From Eledone cirrhosa (lineage: Eukaryota), in the NCBI GenBank assembly GCA_964016885.1, contig OZ024743.1, positions 352,904,001-352,968,000 of the forward strand: DNA of 64,000 nt, given 5' to 3'. Below, piece after piece: positions 37,502 to 50,400 of this stretch (positions within the stretch are counted from its first letter, which is position 1; each line of letters opens with the position of its first letter). Both the position numbers and the translations under genes were made by a program. The notes below the pieces were generated by a model. That model did not search any database. It was not told the origin of the DNA and was given only the letters and a program-made list of their open reading frames with translations.

Positions 37502-40478
37502 CTTTGAGTCTCAGTCATTGATGTTTTTTAACTGAAAAGTTTGTTGAAATAAATATCAAGCCGCTACCTGCAGCCTCAGATATTCAGGACGTATCAGAGG
37601 GTTCTTGCTGTTCCCAGCAAGCATGCTCTTTGAAGTGTTCCAAAAAGCGGGGCTTGACTAATCTTCTTTAAACATCCTTGGAAACTCTTTGAGATAGTAC
37701 CTAGTGCGCCTATGACAATCGGGACGACTCTGACTTCATGGCAGTTCCAAATCCTTTCTCTCCTTTTCTTGCACTCTCGTGTCAAATGGGCAGGTTATAT
37801 CTACAATCAGGCACGATCTTTTTTCCTTGTCCAAAACCACCAGGTCAGGCCTATTGTGTTCTAATTTCTTGTCCATCTTTATCCTAAAATCTCATAGCAC
37901 CTTCACCTGATCGTTTTCTATTACCGACTCTGGCTTATGCTCATACCACTTATCAGAATGTGGTAAATTGTTTACTTTGCATATGTGCCAGTGGATCACC
38001 CTGCCCATCACATCATGTCTCCAGCCTTTATAGTGAGTCTGGGCTAGGTGTTTACACTCGGATACAATGTGAGCCACAGTCTCCTCTCTCTCTCCACAGA
38101 TCCTACACACTGGGCTAGCCTCCTTCTTGTAAATATGGTGTTTCAGCCACATCGTTCTGGGGGCCTGCTCTTGCGCAGCCATTAGAATTCCTTCTGTAGC
38201 CTTTTTAAGGTCTCCTCTTTTTAACCAGTTCTATGTCTGTGGATTTCTAAATTCAGTTTTCTTAAAGAAGGTACTATGAAGGGATTTGTCATGAAGGTTG
38301 CTCTTCCTCCTTGTTGTTATTTCCTCTTTGGACATGCCCTGGTCTATTGTCCTATCCTTCAGTACAATTTCGAGCATTGGCTCCCTACTGTCAGTCACGT
38401 ATTTGTGCAAATTGTTTTTCTCCATCTGAACACAGTCCTCTATGCTGATAAGACCTCTTCCACCTTTCAGATCTCTTTAAGTAGAGTCTATCGACATCAC
38501 TCCTCTTGTGGAACATGTTGTAGATAGTCAATAGCTTCCTAGTCTTCCTATCCATTTCTTGTTGTTCAGCAACATTCCATTTCTGAATTCCAGCACTGTA
38601 CCTAATAATAGAAACAGCTCGGGAATTCACTGCACTTACGACATTCCTACTATTTCATTTCCTTCTCTTTCATTCGGTCTGTTTCCAGGATGACTAAAAA
38701 AAAATACTTATACCCGTTGTCATCAATTTCCTTCGTAACTTGTCCATCTGCTAATACAATTCCTTCTATCTTATCAATTCTATCTCGTTTCAGTATTAAC
38801 ACATATCTTCTCCATTCACGATATTATTCAGCTGCTCAGCAATTCTCCCATGAAGGGTCTTCAGCTTTTTTTAATTAGAACTCTTGCACCCCCACCTCCG
38901 TCCCTGTTGGGAGGTTTCCAATTTGGTATCTTTCTACACTGGATAGTTACCATATCAATGGTCATCTCGAATGCTCTCTGTTGATTATCCCCAAATTTTT
39001 TTTTATGTTAGTCGGCCACCCCGCACTTCTATTGTGCCCTTTTCCTACACTCCAGATATCGCTCCAAAACTTCTTACTTTCATCTGAATCAGGGATCATT
39101 CATAACCATGCTATTTACCTCTTGATAGAATCTCTCCTGATTTAGTTGGAAACGTACATTCTATTTATACTGCAGGACCTGTTGTTCAAACCTATTTTTT
39201 TTTTTGCTGATTTAGCAAGTATCTTTTGTTTCAGCTTCTCAATTACCGTAGTAATTTTCTTTCTCTTGAAATTGTACTTCCCTGTAAGTTGTTCAATATT
39301 TCCCCCTTTTCTTAATTCACCTTTCCAGTATATTAATATCTTTCCTAATCATTTTGAGTCCCATTCAATTCTCCTCTTTCACCATGGTTCTTTGATCTGC
39401 TTTTGTGTAGTCTGTTTCAGACATAACTCTTTAGCAATGTAGATATTTGCAGTGAGATTGTTGATTTCTGCGATGGTTCTAGTTGGCACCTTGTCAAGGA
39501 TGTTGTTTACTTTGTTGGCTATTTCTTCTAACTGACGTTGATTTGCTTTTGTAAAATTTATTGGATTCCTGCCTCCTGATTTCGAGATCTCCAATATATC
39601 AGTAATCATCCGTCTGTTTTTTTCCAATATATCCTTCAGTTCATTAATGTTAATAACACCCCCAGAATCATCTCGAGTATTCAGTTCCGCCTCTTCTTAT
39701 TGAATTCATTTTCCATACTCTCTTCTCTATTTGAGCTTCTATATCTTCCACACCTTCTTGGCTTATCTTTATCATTCCAATCTCCATCTTAGATAGCCAT
39801 CCGTTTTTGCGTATTTCCCCTTGCCAAATCTCAAATACTCTGTTTAGTTGATTCAACGAGCCCCATCCCTGCCATACTCGTAACATCCTTTTTCTATATC
39901 CTGGCACACCATTTTCATTCACAGACTTGCTTCTAAAATAACATTCCATAACAGCCTCGTTTACCTCCTTACTCCACTTCATTCTAGCTGTGTCTTGATG
40001 ACGACCGGATCTGCGCTGATCAACTACAAAACACCTGCCGGACGAAGCACGTTCGCTAGAATCTTCAGCACCATTCACGTCTTTGTGTAAACAATTGTTT
40101 TGGCTCATTTCACTCATTTATGTTAGTATGAATGGTATTTTCTTTTTTTTTTTGAGAGACCATCTCTAGAGGGTGACGTAAATGACTTTGAGGGGTCACA
40201 AACCTTAAAATTGAAGTGAGCTATCTTGCACGGGTCACCAAACCAGTAGTTTATACTCCACAGCTGCAGATATTACATATTTTTGGATGGTCGTTGATTC
40301 TCCTCGAGTTCCTTCGCCCTTTGACGGGTTTTGCTTTCCACCACGCAGGATGTCCAAAAATCCTCCTCCTCACTATGCAAGTTTGGTGGGGTTGCCGGTG
40401 TAGTCACCGGCGACTCGACTATGCTGCGGGTTGAATTGGGTTACATGTACCAGAAGGGCTCAAGAATGACCTGAACCC
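37502..40478 (-). mobile_element. Degenerate R4/Dong-like element #4 (same family as #3), both ends present, RT core deleted
   Basis: N-terminal RMKWSKEVNEAVMECY..GYRKRM, then KEPW, CCHC and RLE remnants. The 3'UTR matches 18156. (ATT)2 lies at the 5' junction. Confidence 0.87.
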
Positions 40479-40484
40479 ATTATT

Positions 40485-41313
40485 GAACTAACCAATCTCT
40501 TCGGGAGAACTTTCGGGCCGGGGTCCATGGACAACTTCCAGAAATCCCTGGCCTGGCAATGCTACCGAGGAGCCTTACCAGTTCGGGATAAACTCTACTG
40601 GCATGGAAGTGCCGTCAGCCGGGCATGTCCGAGATGCGCACAGGGCGACGAAACCGTCCTGCACGCACTCGTCCAGTGTCCGAGCATTGCTGACTTGTGG
40701 GTTTATGTCGAACACCTACTGTCGCGTGTAGGTCAGATCTGGCTATCAGCTGAGTCCATCGTGAGGATTGCCCCGCCACCTTCCTTTAGCCGGGAAGGGC
40801 AGGAAGTTTTTATCTCTCTGGTGGCCATGGCGAAAGAGATAATGTGGTGGATGCGTTTGAAAGGGCTGAAGACGAGTACTTACCTCTTCGGTGATGCCCT
40901 GATTAACTTTTTCAGGTTTCACCTGAAAAGGAAAATCAGGGTGGAGAGGGAAGTGCTGCTTTCCAGCCAGTTTGTTGAAAGTTGGGTGAGAGAGGCAAGA
41001 ATGGCCCGTGTGAATGGGCCTACCCTGAGCGTGTGCCTGTAGCATCGTAGGAGGAAAACTGGAAGAGGGCATTTGCCTTAGCGGTCAAGGAAACCGTGGA
41101 TTTTTTGTGGGCTTTTTCCACGAGCGACCCTCGGAAGTCTCCCCTCTATTGGAGAATTTTTCTTTGTTTCTTTTTTTTTGTCACATACTCTGTTTTTGTT
41201 TTTTACACGCAGAAATGCCCATTTGTACCGTCCTATATTGCCATGTGTTGTCCTTAATGTTATACTTTGTGTCAACCCTTGTGGTTAATAAAGAAAGCAT
41301 TATTATTATTATT
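40485..41313 (+). mobile_element. 5'-truncated Tx1-like copy 6 (diverged subfamily)
   Basis: ORF2 C-terminus 40527-41042, 3'UTR, aataaagaaagc(att)5. Confidence 0.92.
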
Positions 41314-44300
41314 GAATGCTATGGTTGACGGAGGCTCGGCTCTGTAAGGTATTGTAAATTTTGACCGCTATAACAATTGTAAATTGTTTAAAACTTTAAC
41401 CAAATTGTAGACAAAAATACCCTCCTTCTCGTGAGAGGGGTCTTTCTGCCCGTTATTTGGCCCTTCGGGTTAAATAACCGCTTATTGGGGTTTTGTGCCC
41501 AATATTTATTTTAAACAAAAAAAAAATGGCTGCGAAAAAGAATTTTCATAGGTCACTCCCACTCATTCCGTCTTCTTCTTTCTCAATCGTCACTACAACA
41601 GACAGAAGGTTGTCTCTCTCCCTCCCTTCTCTAAATGTGTCTCTCTCCCTCCCTTCTCTTTCGCAAGCGACGCCAGAAAAGAAAAATCACGTGCAAGGCG
41701 TGCAAAATTTCTCCACGACGACGACGACAACGACGAAAAAGGTGTGCGGGAAATACGAAAACCCATTTCATTCGTCTGACGTCAGGAATAATAGCAGTAG
41801 CAGCCGTAATAACAGCAGCAGCAGCAACAGTGACAAGGAAAACAACAGTAGCAGCTGCAACAGCATCAGCATCAGCATAAACAACAACAGCATTAGCAGC
41901 AACAGCAACAACAACAGCAGCAGCAGCAACAACAACAACAACAACAACCACAGCAACAGCGGCGGCGGCAGTAGTCGTAGTACCTGCAGCAACAACAACA
42001 AAAGTAACAGCAGCTCTGACGACAACAACAACAACAACAACAGCAGCAGCAAAGAAAAACCAATCTCATTTGCAGGTATCGCAAAGAACCTGGAAACCAT
42101 CCTCATAACAAATGAGGAATTAGAGGAAGCGAAGAAGATGGTGACGAAAACCGGACACCGAGCAATCTGCAAGGCAGCCGAAACATTTTTCGAAACTCAA
42201 CAGCACTGTACGGTCACGTACCGTGCAGTAAGCACAAAATCCCGTAGGGTTGAAAGAGCCACAGAGGCTCAAATACAAAAAGCCTTAGGGTCTGTGTGGC
42301 AGCGAAAAACGCACATCACCCGAGGCAAGAAATATGCCACCGTAGACGTGCTTTTTGCCACACCCAGGAGGCAAAGGCTCAATCCTTAGTGACCCTAAGG
42401 AGCGAGGAAATGGTATTGGTGCCCTCCTACTGCGGGCAAAAAATTGTGAGGGTCACACTGACCCACGCCCCCCCCCCCCCCCCCCGGGATGGCCCCTTCT
42501 TGGTTGGCCGCGTCTGTCCTCGTCGGAATCGAGGACAAAACAACTGTACTGCAAGTACAGAAAAAAGTAAGAGAAGATTGGGTCGGCACCTCCATTGCGA
42601 TGTTAATCAAAACCAACCAGGAGTGCATCGAAGCTATCCCGGATGTGATAGACTTCGATAACGGCACTCAACTGCCCATAAGTGTTGATGGAAAACGCCC
42701 AAAATGCTTTCGCTGTGGATCGAAGACTCACCTCGGGGCCTTCTGCAACGAGAAGACCCTGAGAAAGGAGAAAACCCCCTCCTTCCGAAACCGGCTCCAC
42801 GGCTACCAGAAACAGGACAAGCGGCAACCAGGAACGATAGGTCCGTGGCACCCATACCCACGCCACGGAAATCAAGAACAGCAGCAGCAGTGGAAGTATT
42901 AACAACAACAGCAATACCAAATGCAGCTGCAACAGAGACTCCAGTGCAAACATCACCAACAACAACAAGTGAAAGAGTGGAGCTGGTACCCCTCCCCGAC
43001 CTCACAGAATCAGACATGGGGTGTGAGGTGGGAGAGGGATGGCAAAAGGTCGTAAGAAGGCACAAACGCAGAAGCAGCGCATCATCGCCTTCGAAAAGGG
43101 AGGAAAGAAATGAAAAAAGGTAAAAGCTACTGCAAAGAGACTCACAGTAGCAACACCACCAACACCATCACCACCGGCGACAACCCCACCGCCAACAACA
43201 ACAACACCTTCAACACCACCACCACAAGCACCAACATCGCAAACACAACAACAAAACACACACACCCTGCAACAACGACAAGAACAGCAGAACCACACCC
43301 CACCCCCAGAAAAACAAATGCACGGCAATAAATACACACAACAAGAAACTAATGACTTACATAATTGAACACACAGACATTTCACAGCACGACTACATAA
43401 TACCAGCACCAATCAAAACGCCAAATAACATAAGACTGCTAAAAATAGCACAGAAACAATACACAAACATTAAAACGAAATTCCCCAACGCAGTTGGTGA
43501 TTTCAGAGACCTAGGAGGGACTCTCAACCGGAGAGTATATTCGGACATACTCATAGAAGAGCCGACGACCAGCCGAAGAGATGATTCAACGGTCCCTTCA
43601 CCAGACGATCAAGTGAAAAGGGATGGAGAAACCATCCTTCCTCTACGAAAAGTACGGTAAGTGGTCTTTCCCATCTTTTCCACTCTATTTTAAACATGAC
43701 CTCACTCAGAATAGGCAGCATAAATGCGCGTGGATTGGGGTCGTCATGGAAGCAGGGTCACCTGCTCAACGACGTCAGGTCACTAAACATAAATGTAGTG
43801 GCCATCAGCGAGACCAGAATCTCCGAAGCACGGGCCTTCGCACCGATCTTCGGCGGCTAAGATGTGTACGCATTTCCCAGCCGTCCTGGATCGGGGGAAG
43901 GAGTTGCTGTGCTTTTTCGGAGAGGTTTGGATCTCGCCATACGGGCCATCTTTCTGGACCCAGAGGGTAAGTTGGTGGTGCTGGACGTGACCAGCGGAGA
44001 CGGGCAAGCTTTCAGGCTAGTGGCCGTCTATGCCCCGACAGGAGCAGGGAGGCCTGATTTCTTCCGGCGTCTGGAGACCTTTCTTGGAACGTCCCGCTCT
44101 TTAGTGTTATTGGGCGACTGTAACGGGATCTTAGATGCCCGCTGGGACTGTGTGGGATTAGCAGATAGGGGTGGAGGGTGCAAGAGCCTCACCAACCTGC
44201 TCAGGCGTTTTGAACTGTCTGACAGGTACCGATTGGATTTCCCCAACCTGCTCAGGCGTTTTGAACTGTCTGACAGGTACCGATTGGATTTCCCGAATGT

Positions 44301-47300
44301 GCCAATGTGGACTTGGACAAATCGCATAGGGTCATCCAGATCATATCTAGATAGAGTATTTTGTAGGGAAATAGATAGGTCTAGCATAGGCTGTCCACAA
44401 TTCAAAATAGTCAGCTACACGGACCACAAATTCGTGATCTGGGCTACTGGAAGCTAAACGCGTCCTTACCAGCGCGCAAGGCCTACAGAGACCGGATTAG
44501 CGAACTAGTTAAGCGGGCGTTGACGGGGGCCATCGTCAACAACAAGTGGTGGTTTGCTCTGAAAAGAGCAATTAGAATAGAGTCCATTAGGTTTAGTAAG
44601 GCTTTAGCAATAGAGAAAAATAGAACAGAGAGAGAATTAGTTAGAAAATTAGACGAGGCGCTTTGCAAAGAAATCGCGACCGACGTACTTGCGGCGAAAT
44701 TGGCCCTTCACCAATTCTTCAATGCAAAGCACGAAGACTGAGTTGTCAGAGCTAGGGTGCGTGCTCTCAGATACGAGGGGACGAAAGCCGTTCAATGGGC
44801 CCTAGTGGTGGAGGCGCGTCGTGGCAACAAAGCCACGATCCGGTCTTTGGTGGACCACGATGGGCGCATGCTACTCGATCCCGGGCAAATGTGTGAAGCT
44901 TTTCAGCGACACTTCGCTCAGCTGTTCGGGGGCAGCGGTGGGCCGGGTCGAGGGATGGACTTTAGTGTCTACCTCGACGGACTGCCGCGGCTCTCGGCCA
45001 CTTAGGCAGAGTGTTGCGAAAAGCCGATAACAGCCGCTGAAGTACGGGAGGCAATGACTGGCTGCACAAGGGGTAAATCGCCTGGTTTGGATGGTCTGCC
45101 CTATGAACTTTACGTACAGATGCCAGACTTGTTCGGAGGCCTCTTGGCGGACGTCTACTGCAACTGGCAACAGAACGGGAGAATTCCCAGCTCCGTGAGC
45201 CGAGGAGCGGTGGCGCTGCTGAGAAAGGATCCGAACAAGGGGGATAACATACATAATTTTAGGCCCATAACTCTGCTAAACACAGATTTCAAGATTTTGG
45301 TCAAGGTGCTAGCAAAGAGGTTGGCGCTTGTCGTTGGTGGTCTGGTGGGAGAGGCACAGACATGCGCTATTCCCGACAGATCAATCCACGACAACCTCCA
45401 CCTCATGCGATACATCACAGAGAGGGTAGCTAGGGAACCTGGCACGGGTGGGTCTTTGATCAATTTAGATCAGTCGAAAGCCTTCGATAGGGTCGACCAT
45501 CGTTACCTAGAGGCAGTCCTGAGGGCGGCTAGCTTTGGGCCCGTCTTCAGAGGCTGGATCGCTGCCATGCACAGCGACATCTGCTCTGTAGTGAGAGTGA
45601 ACGGTCACCTTTCGGAACCGTTCAACATCATGCGCTCGGTCCGCCAAGGATGTCCCCTCTCGTCCCTATTGTACGTATTGACTCTCGAGCCATTACTGCA
45701 CAAACTGGAGACGTTGAGGGGGGTCCCGCGCGAACTAGGATGCGGAAGATCCGTGTCAGCATATGTGGACGATGTCACCGTAGTGGTGTCGAACGCCAAA
45801 CACATCGAGGCGATCGGCACTACACTAAGAGAATACGAAGCGGTGACAGGAGCAATGATCAACCAGGAAAAGTCAGTGGGCCTGCAGCTCGGCACCTGGA
45901 GAGGCAGGTCCATGCCGTCCAACAGCGTCGTCGGGCGCTGGGCGGACGGACCGGTTAAATTGCTAGGGGTCTGGTTCGGTCCAGACCTCCAGACGAACAA
46001 AAACTGGGACGAGGTGACGAGCAGGGTGGCTTCTCTCACCCAGAAATGGGCCGAGAGGAAGCTATCCCTGAAAGGTCGAGCGGAGGTGGCTAACGCGTAC
46101 ATCACGTCCGTCATCTACTACCGCCTGACCGTCGTACCTTGTCCTAAGCCCCGCCTGACTGCGCTGGAGCGTTTGCTCTTTCGCTTCTTGTGGAAGGGAC
46201 GCGCTCCGATGGTCAGGCGGTCCATCTGCTGTCAACACCCGCTACGTGGAGGGCTGGGCATGCCGTGGCTGAAGATGCGCAGACACGCGCTCAGGCTACG
46301 ACATCTCCACCTCTTCCTCGACGGTGATCAGGTGTGGTCGCCGTTTGCTAGACACGTTTTCCCCCAGCTCGTCTCCTTGACGGAGCTGCAGTCCTGGGTC
46401 AAGCGAAGACCGAGAGGGAGCGCTTGGAGACTGGAATGTCTTCAGGCGCTCACATCCCTCGACCAATCGGGCAATGTGATCGGTGGAAACTCCACCTTGG
46501 CGTTCTATAGGGGATTAGTGGAGGGTAAGAGCGACGACGTACTTGGAGAAACTCTAGGCGTCGACGAAAATCAACTAGCCAATCTCTTCGGAATGACTCT
46601 CGGGCCGGGGCCTATGGACAACTTCCAGAAATCCCTGGCCTGGCAGTGCTACCGGGGTGCTTTACCATTTCGGGATAAACTCTACAAGCATGGAGGTGCC
46701 GTCAGCCGGGCATGTCCGAGATGCGCACAGGGCGACGAAACCGTCCTGCACGCATTCGTCCAGTGTCCGAGCATTGCTGACTTGTGGGTTTATGTCGAAC
46801 ACCTGCTGTCACGTGTAGGACGGATCCAGCTATCAGCTGAGTTCATTGTGAGGATTGCACCGCCCTCCTCCTTTAGCCGGGAAGGGCAGGCAGTTTTTAT
46901 CTGTCTGGTGGCCATGGCGAAAGAGATAGTATGGTGGACACGTTTGAAAGGGCTGAAGACGAGCACTTACCTCTTCGGTGATGCCCTGATTAACTTTTTC
47001 AAATTTCATTTGAAAAGGAAAATCAGGGTAGAGAGGGAATTGCTCTCTTCCCAGCATTTTGTTGAAAGATGGGTGAGAGAAGCAAGTATGGCCCGAATGA
47101 ATGGGCCTTCTCTGAGTATGTGTCTGTAAATTAAAGGTGGAAAACTGGGAGAGGGCACTTGCCCTGGTGGTCAGGGCCACTGTGGTCTTTTAATGGGCTT
47201 TCTCCACAAATGTCCCTTGGAAGTCTCCCCCCTATTGGGGAATTTTTCTTTGTTATTTTATTTCAACCTCCGTTTTTTTACACGCAGAAATGCCCATTTG

Positions 47301-47371
47301 TACCGTCCTGTATTGTCCTGTACTGTCCTTAATGTCTACTTTATGTAAACCCTTGTGGTTAATAAAGAAAA

Positions 47372-47423
<52 letters not shown>
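41314..47423 (+). mobile_element. Tx1-like copy 7, type B variant
   Basis: Starts gaatgctatgg. ORF1 remnant 41526-43660, ORF2 43696-47129 (last 691 aa open), tail (ATT)17. Confidence 0.93.
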
Positions 47424-50400
47424 GGTCGCTGAAGCAAATGGACGTACTATCGTGAGCTCGAGTAAGTTTGTTTTTTCTACGGTTTGAAATACGTTTGTTA
47501 TTAATATTTTTGTTTCAAACGGGGAATAAGACTTCAGTCTTTGCCCCCAAGAAAGGAAGGACTCCCCATTATATTTGGACCTTTTGCCCCAAAACCTTTG
47601 TGTGTTTAAAAGAAAATGTTATCGAAAAAAAAAAACATGGCGGAGCCACGCCCCCAACTTTGAGTTTGCTGTCTAGCGACAGCGAGTCAAACGTCGAGGC
47701 TGATAACGCTGCTCCTCCCGCAACAATTTTAAAATGTAACAACACATCAGGCAATATCGCCAACACCAGCACCAACAACAGTGAGAACACTAATATGAAT
47801 AAAAATGACAACAGCAGCCACAGCGACATTACCAAAAACAGTAAAAAAAAAAACAGCACCAGCAACAATGACAGCAAAACCAACAACAGCTGCAATAATG
47901 ACAACAACACCAACAACAGAAAGAACAACAACAAAGACAACAATATCAACAAGAGTGACAACCAGAACAGCAGCATATCCTCGACAACAGACACCCAACT
48001 ACCACATAAGAAGCCGCTGTGGGAATTACTACCACCAATCCCTGCTACCTTTACACCGGTGAGCAAATCAATGCCAGTAGCACTACAACTTAAAGCGGCA
48101 CTGAATCATCTATTGACACTCCCCCCGGTCGACATTTGCGTGTATACAGATGTATCAACATGCGACGGTACAACCGATGACGGTGCCGGTCTCGTAATCA
48201 TCCAAAATTAAGAGTTAGTTCACGAGTGGCACGCGCTGACGGGCGCTCATAGCAGTTCCTTTCATTCCGAACGAATTGCATTCAAACAAGCCCTCCTATG
48301 GTTACAGGCAGACATCAGCTGGGAGTCCTTCAATGTCATCTGTGACTGCAAGTCGCTGGTTCAAGCAGTCCACAACCCATTCCCCCATGACCCTTTCATT
48401 ACCGAGCTGCAAGGGATCGCTAAAAAAATCACAAAGGGGAGAACCTTAGCAGCTATCTGGGTCCCGGGGCACTGCAGCATCAAAGGGAATGAACTGGCGG
48501 ACGCCCAGGCGAAACAAGGCTCAGCATCTACTCAACTGGAAAGTTCAATCGATGCCGCCACCCGACGCGCCGTCATTCGCCGGGAATTTCGCCCACCACC
48601 GATCCAGCATCAACATCTACAATCAGTCTTTAGCCGCCACCCAAATGAAGAGAATGAGCAAACTCTCTCCAAAGCAGATAGGAACCATCTCGTCCGCTTC
48701 CGCAGTGGACATCACACGTCATTAAGGAGATGGCTCCATATGATCGGCCAAGCAGAAATCAACACATGCCGTCTGTGCGGAAAGGAGGAAGAATCCTCCG
48801 AACATCTTTGGATGAGATGTCCGGCCTTGATGGTGGATTGTTATCACCACCAACTCGGCTCCAGCATGGATGAACTCGTGCGTCTCCCACACGCCAGTCT
48901 AGCGCTACTGAGGGTAATCCTCAGGCGCCTGTGGTAAGAAATAAACAGCAGCAGCAACAACAACAATGATAACAACAGCAACAGCGGTGACAGTGGCAGT
49001 GGTGGTGACAACAGCAGCAGCAGCCACTTGAACAGTAGCACCAGCAGCGCAATGTCAAACTACCACACGAACATTTTCCGTCATTAGAAGGATCGGCAAG
49101 CATCACCAACACCTCCATCTTGGTAGCAACAACAACATCAGCAACAGCCATAAAGTGCCCAGGGAGCAGCAACTGTAACAGCAGCAACACAGAAGAAAAC
49201 AAACTAACAAGACCACCACCACCACCACCAATAACAACAACAACAACAAAGACAAGACTAGCGATGAGTCAGCCCAGCAGACGACAACGATATCGTTCGC
49301 TAAAGCGGCAAACAATGTCGAATGGGTACACATCACCAACGCGGAGATAAAGCATCCCAAGATCTTGATTAAAAAGACCGGACACAGGGTAAGTCTCACC
49401 CGCCCAGCTAACACAATGAAAAACAAGCTTTTGTGTTCGGTCAGTTATCGCACAATTGGTGTAAAATCGTACCGAGTCGAACGGGCAACGAAGTCCCAGG
49501 TCCAAAGGGCTATGGATGCTGGGCACAGAAACCATACATAGCCCGAGGATCGAGGTATGGCACTGTGGATGTGCTCTTCGCTACTCCGGAAGAGGCCAGA
49601 GCACACTCCATTGCGCCACTCCGCAGTGATGAAATAATAAAGACGCCCACATACTGCGGCTAGAGAGTCGTCAGGGTTCGAGTAATCCAGGTTCTTCCCT
49701 CAGTGAAGATGGCGTGGCTGAGAGCGGCTGTCCTCGCTCACGTTGAGGATTCAACAACTATCCTCGACGTCATGCGAATAAGACAGGAGAATTGGACAGG
49801 GTTGGGGATGGAGCTAATCATCCAAGCAGACGATGAGAGCATCGAGGCCATCCCTGATGTAATAGACCTGGACGACGGCAGCCATCTACCCGTGACTGTC
49901 GAAGGTAGGCTCCCAAGGTGTCATGGGTGCGGTGACAAGACGCACCTTAAGGCCTTCTACCCCAAACTCACCAAGACGGGCACGCCCCCCTCCCTCTCCC
50001 TACGCTGTGGACAAACCGACTGGAGTGGACAAAACAACAAATAGCACAGTGGCAGAAGAAAATTCACTATCACCAGCAACAAAAACACCATCTCCTCCAC
50101 CATCAACAGAACCAATGGAGAGCATGCCCCTTCCCGATATTGCTAAATCGAACAAGGAGTGAGATGAGGCCGAAGAATGGAAAACCATCCCAGCAAAAAA
50201 AAAGGAAGAACTCCCTACCTTCGCCCCCCCCCCCCCCCCCAAAAAAAAAGAGGAAGAAAGAAACCCCAAAAAGAAAATGAAAATGGCCCCACCTCCTCCA
50301 CCACCATCAACAGCCACATCCCCACAACCACCGCAACCACAAAACCACCAACACCACCGCCGCCACCATTAGCATCTACCTCACCGTCACCTCCAACAAC

